A stretch of 64,000 nucleotides of DNA from an uncultured Bdellovibrio sp. (GCA_963932905.1 CAWVRN010000015.1:1-64000); one strand, 5' to 3'. Numbered from the stretch's first letter, positions 51,584 through 60,917 are shown. The notes: generated from the letters alone by a model not told the origin. Made by a program: numbers and translations.

Positions 51584-52249
51584 TTATTTACTCCTACGTT
51601 TCCTTTTGAAATCCAAATCTAAGAGGGGGGCTTGTTCAATAAGTTTCTTTGCCATCTGTAAATTATTTGAAACAGTCTTGTGATGCCTGCTTGGCTTATT
51701 CGTCTTCGTTATTTCATAAAATTTAGGAAGGCGTTTTGCGATTTCATATGTAGATGCTTTGGGATTTTTTAAATGAACTTTGTAAGTAGCAATAATCGTA
51801 TCTAGTCGTTTTTTATCAAGCCGATTTCTTTTAACTGATTTCGCAACCTTCACTTTCATCTGTTCTTTTAATCCAAATACTTCTTTCTGAAAATCAGCAT
51901 AGTCTTTAGGCAAAAGATTTTTCATATCAAAGGCAACAAGAAGATATCGTGGTTCGTTTGGATTATCCGGTTGAAGCGTAGAAATGTCTTCGGCAATCAC
52001 ATTTTCACGCGTAATACTATTGTAGCTAAAAATGCCAAAGTTGGAAATTTTCTCAAAAAAGATCTCAGGAAGAATATCTGGATCCTCATCACGCCAATCT
52101 GGATAACTTCGCAATCCCCATCGTTTGTGAAGCTCTAGTAAGGTCAGCTCACCGGCAGTGTATTTGTCGTACATATTTTGATACTCAGAATTTAGCCTGA
52201 GAAACTGCCATGTATAGTATAAAACGTCTTCATCAAAATCTGGGTGCAT
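51584..52249 (-). CDS. DUF6499/DUF2285-like transcriptional activator
   Basis: WQFLRLNSEY...RWGL....D motif resembling WEFLRRNPEY...RWGL; C-terminal HTH-like YEIAKRL. Confidence 0.55.
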   Translation of the reverse strand: MHPDFDEDVLYYTWQFLRLNSEYQNMYDKYTAGELTLLELHKRWGLRSYPDWRDEDPDILPEIFFEKISNFGIFSYNSITRENVIAEDISTLQPDNPNEPRYLLVAFDMKNLLPKDYADFQKEVFGLKEQMKVKVAKSVKRNRLDKKRLDTIIATYKVHLKNPKASTYEIAKRLPKFYEITKTNKPSRHHKTVSNNLQMAKKLIEQAPLLDLDFKRKRRSK

Positions 52250-52389
52250 ATCAAATTGATTTTACTTTTTATGTCTCAGAAATGCAATGTCGGTGAACCG
52301 GTGTTCTTTTCTCTTACCCTACAAAATTTTATGAGAGCCTAGAGTGGCCTTTATTTATTAAGGACAATCCTAAAAAAACACACCGGGGG

Positions 52390-53004
52390 TCATAACACAG
52401 CATCGACTCGAACTTGAGTTTGCTCGGTGAAGTGCAGATACATCGCGGTGATCGTAGGCGACGAGTGACCTAGGATTTTTTGAACTTCGGCGAGATTGAA
52501 CCCATTGTTCAGCAGAAAAGTAGCAAAGTGATGCCGAAGACTGTGATAGTTGATCGACCGTTCGATGTTGCACCTGCATCGCCAGTAAGTGAACCGACGA
52601 GCAACGGCATGACGGGTGAAGGGCTCTCCATTTCGATTTAGGAAAAGGAAGGAATCTGATGTCACGGACTGGTTCATCAGTCCATCTTTCAGCCGAATGA
52701 GTTCGTCAATGGCGGCGCGTCCGCGTTTGCCGAGAGGAATTATCCGAAGCTTACGACCTTTACCGACCACCTTGACCGAGTTCTCTGCGATGTCGCCGAT
52801 CTTGATATTGGCAGCTTCTGAAACTCGCAGACCAGTCAGCGAACCAATTAAAATTAGGAAGTAGTCGTTGATGAAATGAAGGTGTCTTCCGGTTCGCAGA
52901 GATTGCTCCATCGACGGTTTGATTGTCTTGAGCATGAGTTTAAGTTCGGAATCTGAGAGGATCTTGTCCTCGGTCAGCGCATAATTCTTGGGATTTCGGT
53001 TCAT
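52390..53004 (-). CDS. tyrosine recombinase (catalytic domain only, ~204 aa)
   Basis: TGLRVSE, GKG.K.R, HSLRH, LGH, Y catalytic motifs; start 53004 after GGAGG. Confidence 0.9.
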   Translation of the reverse strand: MNRNPKNYALTEDKILSDSELKLMLKTIKPSMEQSLRTGRHLHFINDYFLILIGSLTGLRVSEAANIKIGDIAENSVKVVGKGRKLRIIPLGKRGRAAIDELIRLKDGLMNQSVTSDSFLFLNRNGEPFTRHAVARRFTYWRCRCNIERSINYHSLRHHFATFLLNNGFNLAEVQKILGHSSPTITAMYLHFTEQTQVRVDAVL

Positions 53005-53734
53005 TTTAGTCCTCCTGATCACCGTAGTTATCGGATCACAAGACTATCTTCCCAACTGATAACGGGTTCATCACCAGGCAAGATCGAACCGAATTGATCG
53101 GCACTAGAACCATCACAGAAATCAAACGGTTATAAAGATAGTTACCAGAACAGAGATTTTGATAACTGGAATGAGATCAACCGATCAGCTTAGAGTTTTA
53201 GGGCCAGGCCACGGATTTACTACAATCTCCTCGGGAGCCCCCCATTTTGCACCGGTATTAATGGATTTAGTGGACGGGGCCGTCACCCAAAGAAGATACA
53301 TCCAGTTTTCGATGGTACTTTTTGTACTGATTTTAGAAATCAATCACCGCAGAGACAAGGGCGGGAACTCGGAACTTTCTTGAGTGCTTTCAACGTGTGG
53401 GCTAACTCCCTGACTTGCCATCTTTCTATCTAGAGGCATAACCAGGATTTTAAATACTTCTCTGGATCTATTATGCCTTGTTGATGTTTTTCCCGATCTC
53501 ATTATTTGTCTATCTCTTTGGAATTACTTATCGATCAGTCTTTTCGGTTGGGCAGTATGCTCCTATCTTTTGTTACCTTTTTTTGTATTTTCTTGGACAT
53601 TACGGGGACTCTCCCTTGGTAGTGTTGGCTTTTAAGTCTTTTCAGAACGTGCTATTTCAACGAATATTTAGGTCATTGCGGTAAGCTGCGGTGTTGCGGT
53701 GATCTGCGGTGGCATACACCTTTAATAGTTCTAT

Positions 53735-54256
53735 TTACTTTGCATCTGGCAATTTTGAACCAGTGTCTTTGAGCTGGCCAAGGCATTGACGAGGCTTTTC
53801 AATGCGTACAACTTTGCGACCTACTATCTCACCGTGAGTGAAAACCACGGCCTGCATATAGTCGAACTTCTTTTTAAGATCGTCAAAGCAGAGTCTGTAT
53901 TTAGGGTGAACCTGTATTAAAAAATCTCCTTGCCCTTTAGAGCTATAGGCAAAGTGATAGTAGCCGTCATCGAAAATCTCATTCTTCAAATCAACTGCAT
54001 CGACATCAATTTGCATGATGTATCGCTGCCGCTTGCTTGAGTCGTTTTCGTAATCGGTTTTATCCTTTTTAAGAACATCCGAGTGAGGCAATTGCGGGAA
54101 ATGTTGGTCTTTGACCATGCCCTCCCATTGCTTCCAAAGTTGGTGGTCGGCACGAGCCCCGCCAGGAGGAGACTCAATGGGTCCAAGATACTTCTTCTTG
54201 GCATTAGCGGCCATTGTTATAGAAAAGACTACTGCAATAATCATCATATGTTTCAT
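53735..54256 (-). CDS. secreted hypothetical protein
   Basis: signal peptide ending AANA; AAGGAG RBS. Confidence 0.65.
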   Translation of the reverse strand: MKHMMIIAVVFSITMAANAKKKYLGPIESPPGGARADHQLWKQWEGMVKDQHFPQLPHSDVLKKDKTDYENDSSKRQRYIMQIDVDAVDLKNEIFDDGYYHFAYSSKGQGDFLIQVHPKYRLCFDDLKKKFDYMQAVVFTHGEIVGRKVVRIEKPRQCLGQLKDTGSKLPDAK

Positions 54257-54265
54257 AGGTTCTCC

Positions 54266-54607
54266 TTATCCCTTTCGTCTAAGTCTTCTAGCTGAAATTT
54301 CAAAAATGCCGGAGAAGCTAGGATCGGGCTCAGAATCAAAAAGTTCGGCCATTGAAATTTCCTTAGGTTCAACCCGACTATCTGATCCAGTAAGTAGCCA
54401 CTCAAAGGAGCAGCCCAATGCCCGACATAGCCGTTGAACTGCAATGTGATCATTTGGTACAGAGCCAGCCAACCAATCGTTCAAAGTTGCGGGTGTCACA
54501 TTTGCGATCTCGGCTGCTGATTTTTGCGAAAGTCCACGCTCTGCAAGAATTGATTTTAAATTCTTAGCTAACGGGCTTTGAATTTTCTTGCGAGCAGGTT
54601 TGGGCAC
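54266..54607 (-). CDS. XRE-family HTH regulator
   Basis: LSQ..AAE...V.PATL.DW..G..P, L.CS.EWLLTG. Confidence 0.88.
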   Translation of the reverse strand: MPKPARKKIQSPLAKNLKSILAERGLSQKSAAEIANVTPATLNDWLAGSVPNDHIAVQRLCRALGCSFEWLLTGSDSRVEPKEISMAELFDSEPDPSFSGIFEISARRLRRKG

Positions 54608-54748
54608 AGACGAACTCCTCCAGCCAAACCAATCGGCTCAAACAAAACCAGAGTTCAACTAAATCCGGTTCTGCTGATTGATTCGGTTCTTCTTATTTTC
54701 TATGGAGTTGGTTCGATTGGCACGTAGTTGGACCAAAATGGACCGAAA

Positions 54749-55384
54749 CTAAGAGTCCCCATCTCGACGCGCAGGAATTGATTCATAGTAGGCCATTATC
54801 TCCGCCCACAATTTTTGATAGTTTTCTAAATTGAGCCATGCTTCTGGATCTCCAACTGTACCAAATCCCGATGGGCTCTTTACCCTTTGTCCATCAAGAA
54901 TTTTGCGTGTTGACTCAAACTGTTCTCGACTCTTAGGTGCTGGGTACCGACCAAGCCAGTAAACATACTCGGTCATTACATCAAGCAATCTTCGCTGAGG
55001 ATCTGTGACAACAAATCCTGCATCTTTTGCGATCTTATTTAGTTGATGAATTGGCTTTAGGTTCTCGCAATGGCCGTCCCGTTTAACGATACACGCTTTT
55101 AGAAGTAGTTCGATAGCCAATCCAGCATTTAATCGAAAAATAGGAGGAAGAGCTGCGCCAAACGCAAAACCAGATCCAAGGCCTAATACTTCAGGGGACA
55201 CATTTACCGGACTATCTTTTTCACACACATTACCTAGAAGAACTGCGGCTGCATTAAGGTCTGAAGCTCTATTTCGCCAATACACTCCAAATCGAATGTT
55301 GATGTCGTAGCGGTCCCACACTCTCTCGTATTCATAAGAGCAATCTAAATCTTCAGTTGGATGAAGCTTCTCGAATTTTTTCAT
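54749..55384 (-). CDS. HEPN-like hypothetical protein
   Basis: AIELLLKA...H.L..I...GRYP pattern. Confidence 0.5.
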   Translation of the reverse strand: MKKFEKLHPTEDLDCSYEYERVWDRYDINIRFGVYWRNRASDLNAAAVLLGNVCEKDSPVNVSPEVLGLGSGFAFGAALPPIFRLNAGLAIELLLKACIVKRDGHCENLKPIHQLNKIAKDAGFVVTDPQRRLLDVMTEYVYWLGRYPAPKSREQFESTRKILDGQRVKSPSGFGTVGDPEAWLNLENYQKLWAEIMAYYESIPARRDGDS

Positions 55385-55403
55385 ATTTTTAATTCCTACC
55401 GAC

Positions 55404-55961
55404 TTAGATTTTATCGAGCTTGGCTTTAAGGCTCGATTGTATAGGAGAATTGAAAAGAACGGAGACTTCCTCCCCTGACAGTTCCTCACTCTCATATAGT
55501 TTTTCAGCGATCAATTTAATTGCCGGTTTAAATGGGGTAAGTGTTCTTAATACCCAGGAAAGCTTCCAATCGACATAGGCTCTGACTAGCGGATTTTCAA
55601 TGTCAGCAAGTGTTCCAGGATTATTGACGGATAATTTGACCGTTGCGTTTTTAAACGTTTCATCAAATTCCAACAAATCCTCGATTAGTTCAATTGCGCC
55701 AACTAAGTCAGTATGACTGCGATATATAGTGTATCTGCCCGATATCAATACCTCGCCGACAAACCCTGCTAAAGAGATTCTGATTTCCCGAAGAGCTTCG
55801 TCAGGATTTGTTATTTCTCGTGCGGGCGGTTCTGTTGACATCACTCCACGGTATTTATCGGTTCCTTTTATCGAGATTCTTTTTATCTTTAAACCATGAA
55901 TAGTGGCCATAACGGCGTGAGCAGTCTCATGGTATGCAGTTTTCAACTTTTCATGATCCAC
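55404..55961 (-). CDS. standalone M41 (FtsH protease domain)-like metallopeptidase
   Basis: TAYHETAHAV, LAG..GE, IA..L.E.EELSGEEV motifs; no AAA domain; start uncertain (55961 or 55997). Confidence 0.7.
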   Translation of the reverse strand: MDHEKLKTAYHETAHAVMATIHGLKIKRISIKGTDKYRGVMSTEPPAREITNPDEALREIRISLAGFVGEVLISGRYTIYRSHTDLVGAIELIEDLLEFDETFKNATVKLSVNNPGTLADIENPLVRAYVDWKLSWVLRTLTPFKPAIKLIAEKLYESEELSGEEVSVLFNSPIQSSLKAKLDKI

Positions 55962-56181
55962 GCCGTAACCTCTTTGCTCCAATCGTCCCCATCCCATAAA
56001 AAAGCCCGAAGTCTGTGTTGTCTCAGCCCTTCGGGTTCAACGTTTTCGTCCCCAATTTCTATTTCTGGATTTGCCGCAAATCAACAGCGGCCAAGATCAA
56101 CTATTTAAAATCCGTATCTAATTTTCAATTCCAAGTTCCCGAGAACTCACGGGGACGACCCGGGTTCTCAAACTCTGAAAT

Positions 56182-56534
56182 TGGTGGAGGCGCCGGGAAT
56201 TGAACCCGGGTCCGCAAGAGTTCCACGAAAAGGCGCTACATACTTAGTCACTGTTTTTAGTTAGGCTATCGGACTTCCAACGACAAAATTCCAATAGTCA
56301 CCCCCGCAGTTTATTTAGGTCGGTGCCCTGTAGAGAACAGCACTCAACCGGTACGGCATTAATAACAGATCTTCAGCTCAACACCGTCGATTCAACTGAG
56401 ATCCGTGACAGAACTAAGCTGCCATTGCAACGTTTTCGTTAGCAAATAATAGTTTGCACCTTTTTAACGAGGTCCCTGTGCGCCCCGGTATGCTCCCTTT
56501 GCTTCACTTCCCACGTCGAAGCCATGTCGCCCCC
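56182..56534 (-). ncRNA. ssrA: tmRNA
   Basis: 5' GGGGGCG pairs with 3' CGCCUCC-ACCA including G3.U; T-arm CCCGGG-UUCAAUU-CCCGG; tag ORF 56443-56414 ANENVAMAA*. Confidence 0.95.
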
Positions 56535-56598
56535 ACTTGAAAGTTTCTAAAACAAAGACAGACCCTAGTTCTAAACTATTTCCGATTGGTTTACAAAT

Positions 56599-57090
56599 TT
56601 AATAAGGCGTTCCGTCTTTTCTTGTGAAAACCCATTGTCCATTATCGTTCTGAACACCCCTAATATCGTCATTAGGATACGTCACCTCATCCCCTAATGA
56701 TCGATCGCCGACCTCTAAATACCAAGCGTCCTTGTTCGACCGGTTCTGAAACTGATGAGCCTCGCCTCCCGCGGGAAACCCTGCGCACATACCCGCGCTT
56801 AGCACCGTTTCTGTGCCGTCACCCAGGATCAGCGTCAATTCGCCTTCAACCACATAAACAAATTCATCTTGTGTTTTATGTTTGTGTAACAAAGACGATT
56901 TCGAATTAGGTTTCAAATGAGTCAGATTCACTCCGAAATTTTTCAATCCAAATACTTCGCCTAATTGACGTTTCTCTCGCCCCGCCATCAGCGCCGCAAA
57001 CGGTGCTGGATAGATGGATGGTTTGGCTCTTATCGCTACATCTTTGGATTTAACCGCAACCAGTTTTAAATTTTTATTTGTCATCTGCAC
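56599..57090 (-). CDS. cupin domain protein
   Basis: GLKNFGVNL..L.P...SSL.H.H..QDEFVYV.EG, AH...N motifs. Confidence 0.9.
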   Translation of the reverse strand: MQMTNKNLKLVAVKSKDVAIRAKPSIYPAPFAALMAGREKRQLGEVFGLKNFGVNLTHLKPNSKSSLLHKHKTQDEFVYVVEGELTLILGDGTETVLSAGMCAGFPAGGEAHQFQNRSNKDAWYLEVGDRSLGDEVTYPNDDIRGVQNDNGQWVFTRKDGTPY

Positions 57091-57135
57091 ACTATATCGA
57101 TCCGTGTGCGAGCCTTACAAGTTTTGACTGGTCGT

Positions 57136-57228
57136 AAAAAAGAAAAAACCGAGTGGGGGGACACTCGGTTTCATTTGGGGGGAGAAGCAACCGTCTTTGG
57201 GGGGAAAGACTTTGTGGCCGCTTCTGTC
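57136..57228 (-). ncRNA. candidate sRNA with three UCCCCCCA motifs
   Basis: nested stems, three identical C6 motifs, intrinsic terminator, upstream sigma-54 site. Confidence 0.65.
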
Positions 57229-57238
57229 TTTATAGTAT

Positions 57239-57255
57239 TGCAATGGCCAAACCAA
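57239..57255 (-). promoter_or_regulatory. putative sigma-54 promoter of the candidate sRNA
   Basis: TTGG-TTTGGCCATT-GCA (GG-N10-GC). Confidence 0.6.
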
Positions 57256-57440
57256 CTGACTCGTCTACGTTCGCTTCTATAAGCAAATAAATCACAGCGG
57301 CCACTTTGGGAACACTTCGCGCGCCAAACCTGGCCTTAGTGTTTACGTTCCAAATCGATGCGGATTAAATTGATACACAAACAAGACCTGTACTGTGGAC
57401 CGATTGAAATCAGCAGCGGGCTCACTTATCCTTTCTAACG

Positions 57441-57863
57441 ATGACGTCGATACTGCCGGCACCTTTAAAAATTCAAGATCTGGCTATCAAGGATGACAAC
57501 GCCAAACTGGTTTGGGATTTCACTCTTCGTTGCCAAACCAAAAAATCACTGTCACTGATCACCGAACTCAGATTAATCCAGCGCAGTCCAATGGATGCTG
57601 ATCGAATCACATTTGAATCTAAAGATATTAAATTATTTAAAGACACTATCGAGCTTCAGCCGGGCGTCGAAAAATTTAGTCGTGAAATTTCTTTGGCAGA
57701 ATTAAAATCGATTTTTCAATCCACGATCAGCGAGTTAACCCAAGATCGCAAATCCAGCCATCCGTTTTGGCAGCTCAGATTAAAATTTACGGATTCAAAT
57801 AAAACGGAAACATTTGGCCTAACATTTAAACCAGCACCGGAAAATTGGTTTCATGTTACTTAA
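57441..57863 (+). CDS. hypothetical protein
   Basis: 140-aa ORF, no recognised motif. Confidence 0.5.
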   Translation: MTSILPAPLKIQDLAIKDDNAKLVWDFTLRCQTKKSLSLITELRLIQRSPMDADRITFESKDIKLFKDTIELQPGVEKFSREISLAELKSIFQSTISELTQDRKSSHPFWQLRLKFTDSNKTETFGLTFKPAPENWFHVT

Positions 57864-58312
57864 TAAAGTTTTGGAACTTTGAACCTAGATTCCGACCGAA
57901 ATCGGCTTGAAAAAAACATTCAAACTTAGATGAACTCGACCCCAAAATTAAGCTTAAAGTTTATAAAAGTTTGCGTCATAGATTAGCAAATATTATGTCA
58001 AATCCTATTTTTTCTAATTTACGCAGGCCAAAGTTGTCCAAAAAAACCCGAAAAACAAGGAGTTATCAACCAAGCCCACAGGTTTATCCACATACTGGAC
58101 CGAAAATTTAAGAAAATCTTAAATTCGTTTAAGAAATCAAATCAGCATAAATATTGGGCATAAAAGACAGCGCAAGTAAAATTTTAGTAAAAAAATTAAT
58201 TACTTAGCGCAATTACTCTGAATTTTTGAAAAATAAGAAATAACTTTCGACCAGACGCAAGTCCAGAAATCTTAATAATGGCAAATTCCTAACTCAAGCG
58301 AGTCACTTCAAT

Positions 58313-58346
58313 AAAAAAGCGAGCTCTTTCGGGCTCGCTTTCTTTG
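58313..58346. terminator. bidirectional intrinsic terminator
   Basis: AAAAAAGCGAGCT...GGCTCGCTTTCTTT. Confidence 0.75.
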
Positions 58347-58370
58347 TCAATTTTAAATGTTAAGAATGAT

Positions 58371-59384
58371 TTACAGCTGTCCTTCATTTTCAAATAAATT
58401 AGCTGCCTTCATTGCCTCTTCAGCCAAATCCTGAACTGATTTTTTTACCGGCGCTACCGTTTGATCGGCAGCAACGGCCTTCCCAGCTGTTAACGCGTCT
58501 GTTTTCGCCACATCAGTGACCGGGAATAATTGGATATTAATCTGATAAATACGCTCGCCCTTTTTTTCTTTACGTGCGATCGCATTGTCTTTGTTTAGGC
58601 TCTTACGTAATTGGCGTAATTTGAATTTAGTTTCCTCAAATTCTTCTTTAGTCAGTGACAGCGTTAATGTTCCAAATTCACGTTCCTGAGGCGCTTCTTG
58701 ATACAATGATTCTAAACCGATGTACATCAGCTGCATCTGCAATTTACGAACTAGCGCCACGGGAATTTCTTCCGCTGAATCCATCAGATTATGGGCGCGT
58801 TTCATTTCACCTGTGACTGGATCTTTGCGGATCTCACCACTTGAAATTAATGAATTCAACGCCGCTTCGATTTCTTGTTCAGACGCCTTGTTACGAAGAA
58901 GGGCTTTTAACGATTGAATATCAAACGAAACGCCTTCTTGATCAATCATCGCATAGATAACCCAAGCTACCCAATTAGGAATCTTTTCCCAAATGCGACG
59001 ATCGATTTCGCCTGATTTCAATTTTTGATTGATACGAACTTCAGACAGCTTTTTTAAATAAACGTTACGTTCCGTTGTATCTTCGGCTTGGTTTAATTTT
59101 ACCAAGTGTAAGAATTCTTCTGTTTGTTCTTTGTTTAATGAAAGTGCTTTAGCGAATTTTAAAATCATATCGTCGGACAAGTTACGCTGTCCTTCGATAA
59201 TCATCTTTAGATAATTAGGTGATTTGATATTCGCCGCTGCCGAAAACAGTTGGTAGCTGTATGGGCGAAGATCGTTTTTGGTAAGCTCTTTCTTGTAGTG
59301 ATAGAAATCCTGCAAGAACAAGCGATAGTCTAAATAATCGGACAAGGCAGGTGGTAAAATATTGTTTTTATCAAGTGCGCTCAT
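58371..59384 (-). CDS. TIGR02147 / DUF4423 family protein
   Basis: Y.DYR.FL.DFY...K, YSY..FS..A.I.SPNYLK.II.G.RNL, R.F..LTL, YQIN.QLFP motifs. Confidence 0.88.
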   Translation of the reverse strand: MSALDKNNILPPALSDYLDYRLFLQDFYHYKKELTKNDLRPYSYQLFSAAANIKSPNYLKMIIEGQRNLSDDMILKFAKALSLNKEQTEEFLHLVKLNQAEDTTERNVYLKKLSEVRINQKLKSGEIDRRIWEKIPNWVAWVIYAMIDQEGVSFDIQSLKALLRNKASEQEIEAALNSLISSGEIRKDPVTGEMKRAHNLMDSAEEIPVALVRKLQMQLMYIGLESLYQEAPQEREFGTLTLSLTKEEFEETKFKLRQLRKSLNKDNAIARKEKKGERIYQINIQLFPVTDVAKTDALTAGKAVAADQTVAPVKKSVQDLAEEAMKAANLFENEGQL

Positions 59385-59537
59385 CTGTAACCCCCGAGGT
59401 CTTTTCGCCTCTCTATTAAAAATCAAAATGCTAACATCTGCTAACATTTACTTTAGAGTTGATACCTTGCGGCTATTGCTGAATTTGGTGTCAAAATTTC
59501 CCAACCCCTAACTCTAATGTCCCCGGATTGTTACTAG

Positions 59538-59554
59538 AGCAATGACGATGCCAA
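59538..59554 (-). promoter_or_regulatory. putative sigma-54 promoter for the TIGR02147 gene
   Basis: TTGGCATCGTCATTGCT, close to the TGGCAC-N5-TTGC consensus. Confidence 0.65.
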
Positions 59555-59595
59555 AAAAAAAGAGCCCGAAGCGCACCATTTTGCGCTCGGGCTCT
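59553..59595 (-). terminator. intrinsic terminator of the lipoprotein gene
   Basis: AGAGCCCGA...TCGGGCTCT stem with an A-run on the + strand. Confidence 0.7.
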
Positions 59596-59675
59596 GTATA
59601 AAATCGTGGAATAATTTCAATTAGTTCACCGATTTTTTAGGAATCGGTTAGGACAGACGTGTAATCAGCAAAAAA

Positions 59676-60872
59676 TTAAAGACTTGCTGACACCGGCACG
59701 CGTGTAAATCGTAAAGTGAACGAGTTTGATGAACCCGTAGACGCAGATTTAACTGTCATATCAATAGTGATTTGACCTTTAGTGCTGTTTTGAACCAGTT
59801 TCGCGTCAGAGATCGCGTTCATAAAGCTTAAATCTTTGCCTACGATTTGGCCCATCCACAGATCAACACCTTTAAATTTAGTCTCTTTATCCACAGAGAT
59901 CATTGGTGCTGATAGATCTTTCTTTAATAGTAAGTCCGCTTTAAAGCCTAATACTTGGCTGCGTTTACCAGTCACTACGGCTTTGAAACCTGATTTACCG
60001 TTTACAACTTCAAAAGTGTTTAAATACGCTGAATCCACTTTGTTACCTGTTTCAAAATCTAACTGCGAGTTTTTGAAGAATTCAACTAGGGTTGCGTATT
60101 CGTTAGCTTGTTCTACTTTTTCATATTCAAACCAGATGTTAGCTAATGTTTGACGTAACAAAGCCGTTGCTTCCGCGCCGTCTTTTACAAATTTAACTAA
60201 TAAGTTTGAGCATTGGTTAGCCTGTTTCACAGAATCTAAACATTCAGCTGTCAATTGAATTTCCGAACCAGAACCTGTTGTCGCTACGACTGACATGACC
60301 TGACCAGCTGAATACTGCGTGCGAACTTTAACTTGAGATAAACCAGCGCCTTTCGTTAGTGCGATATCTATAGTTAGCTCGCCTTGCGCATCTACTACAT
60401 ACGACATATCCCAGATGCTAGCCGCTAGAATAGCGTTTCTATCTTGTTCAACCGCCAACTTCATTTTTTCGTTAGCTAACAACTGAGTCATAATACCATC
60501 AGCCGCAGAACCGGAATATTTCATACCTGATTTTGTTTTACCGCCAGTTACAACGATATCTTGAGTTCCCAAGAAGCTATCAGAAGAATCACCTTGTGAA
60601 GCTGAAGAACCTTTGTCTTCGGACTTGTGTTTGTGATTGTGTTTTCTACCAGAAGTGGCACCATGGCCTTGTTTAGATTTCTTTTTTTCTGCCGCTAATT
60701 TTTCAGCTTCTGCTTTCTTTTTAGCTTCTTCAGAAGAAATAGTAGGCGCCGGAGCTGCCGTTTCTGCTTTTTGAGCTTCAGCGGGCTGTTGAGCTGCTGA
60801 TTCTTTTTTAGATCCACACGCTGTGAAAAACACAGCGGCCAATGAAAATACTAATAATTGTCTTAACTTCAT
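59676..60872 (-). CDS. hypothetical lipoprotein
   Basis: MKLRQLLVFSLAAVFFTAC lipobox; low-complexity A/K/E linker; start 60872 after GGGGG. Confidence 0.75.
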   Translation of the reverse strand: MKLRQLLVFSLAAVFFTACGSKKESAAQQPAEAQKAETAAPAPTISSEEAKKKAEAEKLAAEKKKSKQGHGATSGRKHNHKHKSEDKGSSASQGDSSDSFLGTQDIVVTGGKTKSGMKYSGSAADGIMTQLLANEKMKLAVEQDRNAILAASIWDMSYVVDAQGELTIDIALTKGAGLSQVKVRTQYSAGQVMSVVATTGSGSEIQLTAECLDSVKQANQCSNLLVKFVKDGAEATALLRQTLANIWFEYEKVEQANEYATLVEFFKNSQLDFETGNKVDSAYLNTFEVVNGKSGFKAVVTGKRSQVLGFKADLLLKKDLSAPMISVDKETKFKGVDLWMGQIVGKDLSFMNAISDAKLVQNSTKGQITIDMTVKSASTGSSNSFTLRFTRVPVSASL

Positions 60873-60917
60873 GGTAACCCCCAAGGTTATAAAAAAAAGT
60901 TCGATGCCTGGAAGTAC

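Larger units (their letters stand above)
43210..56200. mobile_element. ~13 kb integrative element at the tmRNA 3' end
   Basis: 19-bp direct repeat of the ssrA 3' end flanks recombinase, Rep, regulator and defence genes. Confidence 0.75.

Noticed and set aside
57150..57210. G-runs read as a G-quadruplex or CRISPR-like repeat on the + strand
   Set aside because: Only three runs with short, structured spacers; promoter and terminator polarity fit a minus-strand RNA better
58034..58092. Perfect DnaA box TTATCCACA (58084-92) with degenerate neighbours in an AT-rich intergenic region, suggesting oriC
   Set aside because: Only one perfect box and no dnaA/dnaN-type context; insufficient for an origin call
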